In this document: positions 1 to 8,766 of the stretch, piece by piece
How the letters are laid out: each line of letters begins with the position of its first letter
Numbering within the stretch: position 1 is the first letter of the stretch
DNA from: Nitrosomonadales bacterium
GTDB taxonomy: Bacteria; Pseudomonadota; Gammaproteobacteria; Burkholderiales; SG8-39
Direction of reading: 5' to 3'
DNA length: 64,000 nt
Assembly: GCA_005240145.1 (NCBI GenBank)
Contig: SBAS01000115.1
Location: 4,188 to 68,187 of the forward strand
The notes under the pieces: model-generated
Database searches by the model: none
What the model saw: the letters and a program-made list of their open reading frames with translations, nothing else
What the model was told of the DNA's origin: nothing
Program-made: the position numbers and the translations under genes

Positions 1-3000
1 GTCGACGACGAATTCGCAGCCTTCGGCAGAGGCGAGCAAATTGCCCTGGCGGTCGAAAAACTGGATCGTCGCCACGGCGATGGTGCTGATGCCCAGCGCC
101 ACGGCGATTACCGCGCGGCAGCCGCCCTTCGGAAAGACCGAGACGAACTGGCGGTAGCGCGCGAAGGCGCTGGGCAGCGACGGTGCGCCGCGCTGCGCCG
201 CGCTCCACAGGATCATCATCTGGAAGGCGCTGTCCAGCGCGAGCGGATCGGCGATCCAGGTGCCGCGCAGCGGGTGCGTCATCCACTTGATGGGGGCGGA
301 AGCCGCCTTGAGGATCGCGGCGATGCCGCGCTCGGCGAGGCCTTCGACGCGCTCGATGCCGTGCAGTGCCGCGCCATGGAACAGCACGCCGATCGAGTAG
401 GCGTCGGCGAAGCCGCCGCCTGGAATGTCGACCAGCACCGGTTCGGGCGCGGCGGGCAGGTTTTCGGTGGTGAGAAGCACGTCGGCCTGCGCGTGGAGCA
501 CCTCGCGGCCGAGCCCTTTATCCGAGCCCGTCTGGCTCGTCATGCGCACCGGCACGACATGCAGCTTGTCGCGCGGCGTGGCGGCGCCGGTGCGCAGGCT
601 CACCATGATGGTCTGCCCCGCATCGAGCACGATGCCCTTCAGTACCTTGAAATTGTCCAGGCCATGGAAGGCCATGCCCGGATTGCCGTGCAGCGCGGCC
701 TGCGCCAGCCACTCGACCATCAGCGCGGCGGGCAGCACGGCGCGGCCGTTGAAGACGTGGGATTCGAGGAAGGGCAGCGCTGCGACGCTCACCTCGCGCA
801 CGAAGGCGATGTGGTCGGCGGCGAGAATTTGCACGGGCAGCGGTGCACCGACAGGCGTGGGTCCGAGTGCGAGCACTTCAACGGCATTGCCAGGGACGGC
901 ACCGAGCTCCCGCACGAGAAAATCGGCGCCCGCCGCCGGCTCGATCAGGCCGATGCCTTCCTGCGCGAAGAGCTTGCGCACGCCCTGGGTCGCCATGCCG
1001 CCGTTCCACGGGCCCCAGTTGATCGAGACCACGCGGCAGTCCGGCCGGCGGCGCGATTCGACCTGGGCGAGCTTGTTGAGGACCTCGTTGGCCGCGGCGT
1101 AGTCGACCTGGCCGGTGCGCCCGACGCGGCCGGTGTAGGAGGAAAACAGCGCGATGGCCTTCAACTCATCCTGCGCCAGCGCGGCGAGCAGGCTGCGCAG
1201 CCCCGCCACCTTGGTGCCGTAGACGAGGTCGAACTGTTCCGCGGTCTTGTCTTCGATGCGCCGGTCGGCGAGCACGCCCGCGCCGTGCACCAGGCCGCGG
1301 ATGGCGCCGTGGCGATGGCGCACTTCTGCCATCGTGCGCGCCACCGCCGCGCCATCGCGCACATCGAGCGCGTGATAGAAGGCTCGCGCGCCGGCGGCTT
1401 CGAGCCGGCCGAGCTGCGCGCGTATTTCGCGCCCGGCGATGACTTCGCGGTACTTCGCCTCCACCGCCTTGGGCGAACCGCCGCCGGGCCTTGCGGCAAG
1501 CGCCTTCTTGATGCCGGCTTCGGTCTGCAGGTCCTGCAGCCAGGCCGGTTCGCTTGCGCCGGGCTCGCTGCGGCCGAGCAGGATCAGGGTCGGGCGGAAA
1601 GCGCGCGCGAGCGCGAGCGCCGCCTCGCCGGTGACGCCGCGCGCGCCGCCTGAGACGACGACCACGTCGCCTGGCGCGAACGCGGGTTGGGGGGCGTTGC
1701 GCTCGATCACCGCGACGGCGAGTTCGAGGGCTACGCGCCGCTGCGCCGAGAGGCCGACTTCGAGCGGACCGGCGCGGAACATTTCCGCCACGATTTGTTC
1801 AGCGGCCGCACCCGCGATGAGCGAGGCCGGATCTAGGTCGATTGCCTTGCAATGGACTTGCGGCCATTCATGGCGCGCGGTCTTGAGCAGGCCGGCGAGG
1901 CCGCCGCTGACCGGGTCGCTCTTCGCGCCCGGTGCGCCGAAGCCGAACGCGCCGTCGAGCTTCGAGACCGTGACAAGGACCGCGCCTCCAGCGCTGGCCG
2001 ATTGGCGCAGCGCGGGGCCGCAGCGCTGCAGGAGGCCGAAGGCGTGCCGGATGAAGGCGTCGTCGCTCCCGGCGGCAGGCGCGACGATGACCAACGCAGC
2101 AAGGGATGCGGGGACCTCAGCGGAAAATCCCTGGCGCGGGTCGGCGCGGTGCACCTTGAAGCGCAGCGCACGCAGGCGCTCTTCGATGCGCTCGCAAAGC
2201 TCCGAGCCGTCGTCGCTCAGCCAGACGAGGGCGCCGGCGGGCAGGTTGATTGGTTCCCTGTCATCGATGCGAGGTAGTTCAATCGGGCGGATGATCTGGC
2301 GCAGTACATCACTTGGTGCTTCTGCATGAGCAATCTCGGCAATAACAGCCGGCGCTGCAGGCACCGCGATTGACGTTGCCGGTACGGAGCGCTCGCCGAG
2401 GAGGAAATCGGCGACCTGCTGCAGGGTACGCAGCGTACCGAGGTGCTCGGGCTTGATTTCGGGCGAACCGGGCAGCTTGCCGCGCAGCGCCGCCATGATT
2501 TCGACGCGCTTGATGGAGTCGATGCCCAGGTCCGAGTCCATGCCCATGTCGAGATTGAGCATTTCGACCGGGTAGCCGGTTTTCTCCGCGACCACGGCGA
2601 GCAGGGCTTCGCTGATTGCGGAAGACTGATTTTGTACTTTCGTTTCTTCCGTAACAAAAGTTCTTCCAGCTGCAAGAAACGCGACAACCTGTTCCAGCGT
2701 TTGCAATGTCCCAAGATGCTCGGGCTTGATTTCGGGCGAGCCCGGCAGCCTGCCGCGCAGCGCCGCCATGATTTCGACGCGCTTGATGGAGTCGATGCCC
2801 AGGTCCGAGTCCATGCCCATGCTCAAGTCAAGCATCTCGACCGGATAGCCGGTTTTCTCTGCAACCACGGCGAGCGCGGCGTCGCTGATATCGGATCTCA
2901 GAGCATGGGTTCCCGCTTGCGCGGGAACGACGATTTGAGCGACGGGCGCAATAACGGCAACAGGTGCAACCGCGGCGACAGGCACGATCAACGGCGCTGC

Positions 3001-6000
3001 AGGCATCTGCGTCATCGGCACGCCGCTACGCATCTCGAGCAGCGCCTGGATGCTGCGCCGGGCCGATTCCTGGCCTTCGAGGAATTGCTTGTGCAGCTGT
3101 GCGGTCTGTTCCTGCAGGCGCTGCAGAGCGAGGATGCCGTCCTGCGCCGCATTCAGGGCGGCGGGGGCGGTTGGTGCTTTTGCCATCGTTCTGTTTTCCA
3201 CCGGAACGGGAGCAACAGGCGGGCGTGGCGTCGATGGTGCACGGTAGTTCGCCCCCGAGAGCGGGACGCTCAGCGCGGGCTTGCCGGCGCTGGCTGCCAC
3301 CGCCGGCGGCGCGTTTTCCCATTTCTCCAGCGCGACTGCGTGTCCAAGAGACGCGAGGCGGGCGAGCGCCAGCGCGAGATCAAAGATGCCGGAGCGCTTG
3401 CCGCCCGAGGCATCGAGCGCGATGGTTTCCACCTCGCGGCCGGAGAGGATGGATTGCACCAGGTCGCAGAGCACGTGTCCGGGGCCGACTTCGATGAAGG
3501 TGCGCACGCCGTCGGCGTGCATCGCCTGGACCTGCGCCATGAAATTCACCGGCCGCTCGATCTGGCTGGCGAGAATTTCGCGTGCTTGCTTCGCGGCCTG
3601 GGGATACTCGACGCCGGTCGCGTTGGCGTAGACGGGCATGCTGCCTTTGTCGAAGGCGATCTTTTCGAGCGCCCTGGCGAACGGTGCGCGCGCATCGGCC
3701 ACCAGCGGGCTGTGGAACGCCGCCGACACCTGGAGCATGCGGCTGCGTACGGCGCGCTCGGTGAGCCTGGCCAGCGCCCGCTTGATCTGTTCCACCGGCC
3801 CGGAAAGGACGTACTGCGTCGGCGAATTGCGGTTGGCCACCACGAGTTCGCCCGGCTCATCGCGCAGGAAATCCTGCACCGCTTTTTCGTCCGCCTGCAC
3901 GGCGAGCATCGCGCCGCGCTCGCCCGAACCGTTGCCCTCGGCCATGAGGCGGCCGCGCAGGTTGGACAGCTGGTGCAGCGCCGAGGGCTCGATGCGCCCG
4001 GCGCCGCACAGCGCGAGCAGCTCGCCGTAGCTGTGGCCGCAGGCGGCCTGCGCCGCGACGCCGAAATGATTCAGCACGCTGAACGCGCCCATGCTCACCG
4101 CGCCCAGCGCCGGCTGCGCGATGTCCGTGGACTTGAGCGCCTGTTCCTGCTGCTGGCGCGCCTCGTCAGCGAAGACCGGGTGCGGATAGATGAAATCGCT
4201 CAGCCGTTGGGTACCGGAGTGTTCCTGCGAGAAGGCCGCGCGCTCGCGCGCGAAAATCGCGTCGGCCTCGGCGAGCGCCTGCAGCATGCCGGGGAACTGG
4301 CAGGCAAGATCGCGCAGCATCCCGGTGTATTGAGAACCCTGGCCGGGGAAGAGCGCGCCGAGCTTGCCGCGCTGCTTGCCGGAACCGAAGGCGATGCCCG
4401 AGGGCGCAGTCCATGAGGTTTTGCCGGGATTCTTCTCCAGCATCCTGAGCGCGGAATCCATGAGGCCCGCGCGGTCGGATTCCTGCGTCACAACGATGAG
4501 CAGGCGGAATTCGGCGTCGCGGCGGAACTGCGCGCGCGATTCGCGCGCGGCGCGCCTGAAGTCGAGCCAGGCGGCGTCGGCGCGCTGCGCGACGAGCGTC
4601 GCCTTGAGTGCGTCGAGCCGGTCGTGGGAAAGCGCGAGGATTTCGACATCGCCCTCCCAGGCCGCGTCCAGCTTGCCCGCGCCGTGCTCTTCCAGCACGC
4701 AATGGAAGTTGGTGCCGCCAAAACCGAGCGCGCTCACGCCGGCGCGGCGCGGATGCCCCGGCGCGGGCAGCCAGGGGCGCTTGCCGGTGTTGACATAGAA
4801 CGGCGAGCGGCCGGGCGCGGCCTCCTCGATGGGCTGCTTGACCTTGATGGTGGGCGGCAGGACCTTTTCGTGCAGCGCCATCGCCGCCTTGATCATCCCC
4901 GCCACGCCCGCAGCGGCCTTGGTGTGGCCGATCTGGGATTTCACCGAGCCGAGCGCGCACCAGCTGCCGCTCGGGCGCGCGGCGCGGAACACGTCGATGA
5001 GCGAGGAGAGTTCGGTCGCGTCGCCGACCTTGGTGCCGGTGCCATGGGCTTCGATGAGGCCGATGGTCTCGGGCGGCGTTCCGGCGTCCGCGTAGGCGCG
5101 CTCGAGCGCGAGCTTCTGGCCGCCGGCGCGCGGCGCGTAGATGCCGCTGGAGCGCCCGTCGCTGGAAGAACCGATGCCCTTCAGCACCGCGTAAATGCGG
5201 TCGCCGTCGCGCTCGGCGTCGGCCAGGCGCTTGAGCACCAGCAGGCCGAGGCCTTCGCCCAGCACCGTGCCGTCGCAATCGCGATCGAACGGCTTCGCAT
5301 CGCCCGTGGGCGAGAGCGCCGGCGTCTTGCTGAAGCACATGTACATGAAAATGTCGTTGAACGTGTCGACGCCGCCGGTGATGACCATGTCCGAGCGGCC
5401 CGCGGCGAGCTCGAGGCTGGCGAGGTGGATCGCGGCGAGCGAACTCGCGCAAGCCGCGTCGACGACGCAATTGGTGCCGCCCAGGTCGAAGCGGTTGGCG
5501 ATGCGGCCCGCGGCAACGTTGCCCAGCAGCCCCGGAAAGGAATTCTCCTGCCAGCCGACGTAGGAGTCCGCGATGCGCTGGACGACGTCCTCGGCCACGC
5601 CGGCGTCCACGCCGGCGTCCTTCAGTGCGCGGCGCCAGATCGGATGGCCGAGGCGCGCGCCGAGCGGAATCACGAGTTCCAGCGCGCCGGTGACCCCGAG
5701 GATGACGGCCGTGCGATCGCGGTCGAACTTGCGGCCCGCGGGTTTCCCGCCCACGTTGCCGATGGCGTAGCCGGCGTCGGCGAGCGCGCGCTGCGCGGCA
5801 ACGAGGCTGAGCAGCTGCGAAGTGTCGGTCGCCTCGATGTCTTTCGGCGCGATGCCGAACTCCATCAGGTTGAAATTCACCGGCGCGAGGAAGCCGCCGC
5901 TTTGCGCGTAAGTGCGGTCGGGGGATTTCGGATCGGCGTCGAAGTACTCCGCCGCGCTCCAGTGCGTGGCAGCGGGAACGGGCGTAATCGCATCGACGCC

Positions 6001-6096
6001 GTTCTTGATGTTCGCCCAGTACGCCTGCAGGCCGTCCGCCTTGGGAAACAGGCAGCTGATGCCGACAATGGCGATGGGACTCGTTTTATTGCTCAT
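1..6096 (-). CDS. pfaA: PfaA-like iterative type I PKS / PUFA-synthase subunit (KS-AT-ACP-ACP-KR-DH), 3' end truncated by the window edge
   Basis: Manual translation from ATG 6096 (MSNKTSPIAIVGISCLFP) stays open to position 1 (2032 codons, no stop, so absent from the ORF track). Motifs: KS DAACASS, EAHGTGT, KSQIGHTKAAAG; AT GHSYGE and AFHS; two ACPs DLGIDSIKRVEI; KR GGARGVT and YAAAN; DH HVFNGRAVLP and DSAFQ. Confidence 0.92.
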   Translation of the reverse strand, partial: MSNKTSPIAIVGISCLFPKADGLQAYWANIKNGVDAITPVPAATHWSAAEYFDADPKSPDRTYAQSGGFLAPVNFNLMEFGIAPKDIEATDTSQLLSLVAAQRALADAGYAIGNVGGKPAGRKFDRDRTAVILGVTGALELVIPLGARLGHPIWRRALKDAGVDAGVAEDVVQRIADSYVGWQENSFPGLLGNVAAGRIANRFDLGGTNCVVDAACASSLAAIHLASLELAAGRSDMVITGGVDTFNDIFMYMCFSKTPALSPTGDAKPFDRDCDGTVLGEGLGLLVLKRLADAERDGDRIYAVLKGIGSSSDGRSSGIYAPRAGGQKLALERAYADAGTPPETIGLIEAHGTGTKVGDATELSSLIDVFRAARPSGSWCALGSVKSQIGHTKAAAGVAGMIKAAMALHEKVLPPTIKVKQPIEEAAPGRSPFYVNTGKRPWLPAPGHPRRAGVSALGFGGTNFHCVLEEHGAGKLDAAWEGDVEILALSHDRLDALKATLVAQRADAAWLDFRRAARESRAQFRRDAEFRLLIVVTQESDRAGLMDSALRMLEKNPGKTSWTAPSGIAFGSGKQRGKLGALFPGQGSQYTGMLRDLACQFPGMLQALAEADAIFARERAAFSQEHSGTQRLSDFIYPHPVFADEARQQQEQALKSTDIAQPALGAVSMGAFSVLNHFGVAAQAACGHSYGELLALCGAGRIEPSALHQLSNLRGRLMAEGNGSGERGAMLAVQADEKAVQDFLRDEPGELVVANRNSPTQYVLSGPVEQIKRALARLTERAVRSRMLQVSAAFHSPLVADARAPFARALEKIAFDKGSMPVYANATGVEYPQAAKQAREILASQIERPVNFMAQVQAMHADGVRTFIEVGPGHVLCDLVQSILSGREVETIALDASGGKRSGIFDLALALARLASLGHAVALEKWENAPPAVAASAGKPALSVPLSGANYRAPSTPRPPVAPVPVENRTMAKAPTAPAALNAAQDGILALQRLQEQTAQLHKQFLEGQESARRSIQALLEMRSGVPMTQMPAAPLIVPVAAVAPVAVIAPVAQIVVPAQAGTHALRSDISDAALAVVAEKTGYPVEMLDLSMGMDSDLGIDSIKRVEIMAALRGRLPGSPEIKPEHLGTLQTLEQVVAFLAAGRTFVTEETKVQNQSSAISEALLAVVAEKTGYPVEMLNLDMGMDSDLGIDSIKRVEIMAALRGKLPGSPEIKPEHLGTLRTLQQVADFLLGERSVPATSIAVPAAPAVIAEIAHAEAPSDVLRQIIRPIELPRIDDREPINLPAGALVWLSDDGSELCERIEERLRALRFKVHRADPRQGFSAEVPASLAALVIVAPAAGSDDAFIRHAFGLLQRCGPALRQSASAGGAVLVTVSKLDGAFGFGAPGAKSDPVSGGLAGLLKTARHEWPQVHCKAIDLDPASLIAGAAAEQIVAEMFRAGPLEVGLSAQRRVALELAVAVIERNAPQPAFAPGDVVVVSGGARGVTGEAALALARAFRPTLILLGRSEPGASEPAWLQDLQTEAGIKKALAARPGGGSPKAVEAKYREVIAGREIRAQLGRLEAAGARAFYHALDVRDGAAVARTMAEVRHRHGAIRGLVHGAGVLADRRIEDKTAEQFDLVYGTKVAGLRSLLAALAQDELKAIALFSSYTGRVGRTGQVDYAAANEVLNKLAQVESRRRPDCRVVSINWGPWNGGMATQGVRKLFAQEGIGLIEPAAGADFLVRELGAVPGNAVEVLALGPTPVGAPLPVQILAADHIAFVREVSVAALPFLESHVFNGRAVLPAALMVEWLAQAALHGNPGMAFHGLDNFKVLKGIVLDAGQTIMVSLRTGAATPRDKLHVVPVRMTSQTGSDKGLGREVLHAQADVLLTTENLPAAPEPVLVDIPGGGFADAYSIGVLFHGAALHGIERVEGLAERGIAAILKAASAPIKWMTHPLRGTWIADPLALDSAFQMMILWSAAQRGAPSLPSAFARYRQFVSVFPKGGCRAVIAVALGISTIAVATIQFFDRQGNLLASAEGCEFVVD
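2401..2886 (-). repeat. Tandem ACP-domain repeat (2 copies, 273-nt period)
   Basis: The two ACP cores match at 55 of 59 residues; 2751-2821 and 2478-2548 are identical over 71 nt. Confidence 0.95.
2905..2931 (-). repeat. REP-like palindrome (GTCGTTCCCGCGCAAGCGGGAACCCAT) read in frame in the PKS linker
   Basis: Perfect 8-bp stem GTTCCCGC/GCGGGAAC (2909-2928) with a 4-nt loop; translates as VVPAQAGTH, resembling widespread TTCCCGC-N4-GCGGGAA extragenic palindromes. Confidence 0.6.
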
Positions 6097-6106
6097 GGCT
6101 TGCTCG

Positions 6107-7471
6107 TCATGCTGTCAAAAACTGGCGCAGCTGCGTCGCTGCGCCCTGCATCAGGTTCTCGGCGACCACCACCACGCGCCGGTTTTCCGGCTTTTCGAGG
6201 AAGCTGCCGCGCGCCCATTCGTTGAAAGCCCCCATCGCCGGACCGCACCAGACCTGGTAATCCATCTGGCGCGATGATTCGCCGGCATTCGCCCAGCGCG
6301 AACTCAAGCCGAGGTAACTGCGGAAAACCAGCGCCATCCGGTGCTTTGGATCGCGCTCGGCGCGCTCGACCTGCGCCGCGTCGCGCTCGAGGAAAAACCG
6401 CCTCGTGTCGCGCCAGGCCTCGTCGACCGTGGCACGCAGAAGTTGCTTTTCAATGAAAGCCTTATCCGCTTCCGGGAGCGTTTCCAGGCCCGCGTTTACC
6501 CGGTACAGATCATACAGCTTGGCAGCACGCATTGGGAACATCGTGCCCCGCTTGAGCACCTGCACCCGCACCCCCATTTCGAACATGTCCGCCGCCGGCG
6601 CCATGGCCACATCGGCCTGTTCCGCCTGCGCCAGCATCTGGCGCACCAGATCAGAGCTTCCCGACTCGACGCAGGCCTGGTTGACGGTGCCCGTGAGCAC
6701 ATAGGCGGCGCCCATCGCGAACGCCGCTGCCAGCCCCGCCGGGGTCGCCAATCCACCCGCCGCGCCCACGCGCAATGGCTGGTCATACCCATTTTGGGCC
6801 TGCATCCGGTCACGCAAGGCGAGAAGCGTCGGGAGCAAGGTCACGAGCGGGCGATTGTCGGTGTGACCGCCGGAATCGGCTTCCGCCGTCACGTCCTGCG
6901 CCATCGGGATGGTCGCCGCGAGCGCTGCCTGCTCGGAAGTGATTTCCTTCGCGCCTACCAGTTCGTCGAGGAACTCCCGCGGCGGGGGCGAGAAGAACTG
7001 CGTCGCGACTTCGACGCGCGAGACCTTGGCGACGATGCGGTTGGGCGCGACGACGCGGCCTTCGGCATCGCGCTTGATGCCGCTCACCCGGTAGCGCACG
7101 ACCGGCAATGTCAGCCGCAGGTAGGCCGAAGCTTCGACCAGGCGGATGCCGCGGCGCAGGTACAGATCCACCACCTGCGCTTCGAGCTCCGGCTCATTGG
7201 GACTGTGAATCAGGTTGAAGCCGTAGGCCGCGCCCGCAACCGTGCCCGCCAGCTCGTCGATCGCGGCCTCGATGCGCGGAAGGTCCAGGCCCGCGGCGCC
7301 GAAAAAACTCAGCATGCCGGCGCGCGCCATCTCCGCCACCAGGCGGGTCGAGGCGATGCCGTTGGCCATCGCGCCTGCGACATAGGCGTAGCGCACGCCA
7401 TGGTCGCGGCGGAATGCAGCGTCGCCCAGATTCTCCGGCTTGAGCGAAGGAATGCCGGCGGCCGCGTTCAT
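6107..7471 (-). CDS. pfaD: PfaD-family FMN-dependent enoyl reductase (about 454 aa)
   Basis: Motifs AGAMANGIAS, FGAAGL, EADSGGHTDNRP, APAADMFEMGV, YQVWCGPAMGAFN. Start placed at ATG 7471, which overlaps the upstream stop (ATGA); the longer track ORF (to 7765) extends into the neighbouring gene. Confidence 0.9.
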   Translation of the reverse strand: MNAAAGIPSLKPENLGDAAFRRDHGVRYAYVAGAMANGIASTRLVAEMARAGMLSFFGAAGLDLPRIEAAIDELAGTVAGAAYGFNLIHSPNEPELEAQVVDLYLRRGIRLVEASAYLRLTLPVVRYRVSGIKRDAEGRVVAPNRIVAKVSRVEVATQFFSPPPREFLDELVGAKEITSEQAALAATIPMAQDVTAEADSGGHTDNRPLVTLLPTLLALRDRMQAQNGYDQPLRVGAAGGLATPAGLAAAFAMGAAYVLTGTVNQACVESGSSDLVRQMLAQAEQADVAMAPAADMFEMGVRVQVLKRGTMFPMRAAKLYDLYRVNAGLETLPEADKAFIEKQLLRATVDEAWRDTRRFFLERDAAQVERAERDPKHRMALVFRSYLGLSSRWANAGESSRQMDYQVWCGPAMGAFNEWARGSFLEKPENRRVVVVAENLMQGAATQLRQFLTA

Positions 7472-8679
7472 GCGGCGGCCTGAGCGGCCCCTGCAGCGAT
7501 GAGTTGTTCGATCACGCTCTCGGCGAGCCCGGCTTCGCGCAGCACCTCGCGCGTGTGCTCGCCCAGGCGCGGCGCGTGGCGCCGGTATCCGGGCGAGGAT
7601 TCGGACCACTCGGATGGCACCGCCATGCTGCGGATGCGGCCTTCGCTCGGGTGCTCGACTTCGCGGAAGTAGCCGATCGCGGCGAGGTGCGGATCCTCGA
7701 CGATGTCCTGCAGGCTGTTCATGCGCTGCACCGGAATGTCGGCAGCCTCCAGCGCCGCGATCCACTCGGCGGTGCTGCGCGTGCGCATGGCTTCGGCAAC
7801 GAGGCGGTTGGAATCATCGAAATTCTGGCTGCGCGCGGTGGGCGTGGCATAGCGCGGATCGGACAGCAGTTCGGGCTTGCCGATGAGCGCAAAGAACGCG
7901 CGCCATTGCTTGTCGTTGTAGACCAGCACGCAGACGTAGCCATCTTTTGTCGCGTAGGGCAGGCGCTCCGCCGCCAGCATGCGAGCGTAGCCGATGGGCC
8001 CGGGTTTTTCATCCGCTCCTGCCACGTAGGTGTAGCCGCCCATATGCTCGCCCATCACGGTCTGCAGCAGGCTTTCGAACATCGGCACGTCGATGCGCTG
8101 GCCGCGGCCGCTTTTCTCGCGCCTGTACAGGGCCGCACACACCGCGTTGACGATATGCAGGCCGACGGTGCGATCGGCCATCGTCGCCGGCACATAGCGC
8201 GGCGCTTCCGCGCCGGATTCCTTCAGGAGCCATGGCATGCCGGCCGCGCCCTGGATCAGGTCGTCGTACGCGGCCTTGGCGGCGTAGGGCCCGCGCTGCG
8301 AATAGCCGAAGGCGCCGACGTAGATGATGCGCGGATTCACCGCGCGCACCTCGTCATAGCCCAGCTTCAGGCGCGCCATCGCCTGCGGCCGGATGTTGTA
8401 GACCAGCACGTCGGCAAGTTTGGCGATGGCGAGGCAGGCTACGCGGCCCGCGTCCTTTTTCAGGTCGAGCACCACCGAGCGCTTGTTGCGGTTGGCGTTC
8501 ATGAAAATGTGGCCCATGCCCCTGGAGCGCAGCGGCGCGTTGTGCCGCATCACGTCGCCCTCGGGCGACTCGAGCTTGATGACGTCGGCGCCGTAGTCGC
8601 CGAGGATCTGGGTCGCGAACGGACCCATCACCACGGAGGTGAGGTCGAGGATGCGTACGCCGTCGAGCGGTCCGCTCAT
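7468..8679 (-). CDS. CaiB/BaiF family III CoA-transferase
   Basis: N-terminus GPLDGVRILDLTSVVMGPFATQILGDYGADVIKLE, NRNKRS, AAYD motif, C-terminal APRLGEHTREVL. Confidence 0.92.
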   Translation of the reverse strand: MSGPLDGVRILDLTSVVMGPFATQILGDYGADVIKLESPEGDVMRHNAPLRSRGMGHIFMNANRNKRSVVLDLKKDAGRVACLAIAKLADVLVYNIRPQAMARLKLGYDEVRAVNPRIIYVGAFGYSQRGPYAAKAAYDDLIQGAAGMPWLLKESGAEAPRYVPATMADRTVGLHIVNAVCAALYRREKSGRGQRIDVPMFESLLQTVMGEHMGGYTYVAGADEKPGPIGYARMLAAERLPYATKDGYVCVLVYNDKQWRAFFALIGKPELLSDPRYATPTARSQNFDDSNRLVAEAMRTRSTAEWIAALEAADIPVQRMNSLQDIVEDPHLAAIGYFREVEHPSEGRIRSMAVPSEWSESSPGYRRHAPRLGEHTREVLREAGLAESVIEQLIAAGAAQAAA

Positions 8680-8683
8680 AAAT

Positions 8684-8763
8684 CAGGGACAGTCCACGTT
8701 TTCCTGCTCTCGGTCGCTGGCAGGTCGGTCATGGGGCTCTCGGGAAAACGTGGACTGTCCCTG
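8684..8763. repeat. REP-like inverted-repeat doublet, copy 1
   Basis: Perfect 21-bp arms CAGGGACAGTCCACGTTTTCC (8684-8704) and GGAAAACGTGGACTGTCCCTG (8743-8763), 38-nt spacer, intergenic. Confidence 0.85.
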
Positions 8764-8766
8764 TTT

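Noticed and set aside
274-6225. Long plus-strand ORFs in the track (274-1653, 2443-4416, 4166-5470, 4624-6225)
   Set aside because: They are antisense shadows of the PfaA-like gene. High GC suppresses stop codons on the opposite strand, and the translations carry no recognisable motifs.
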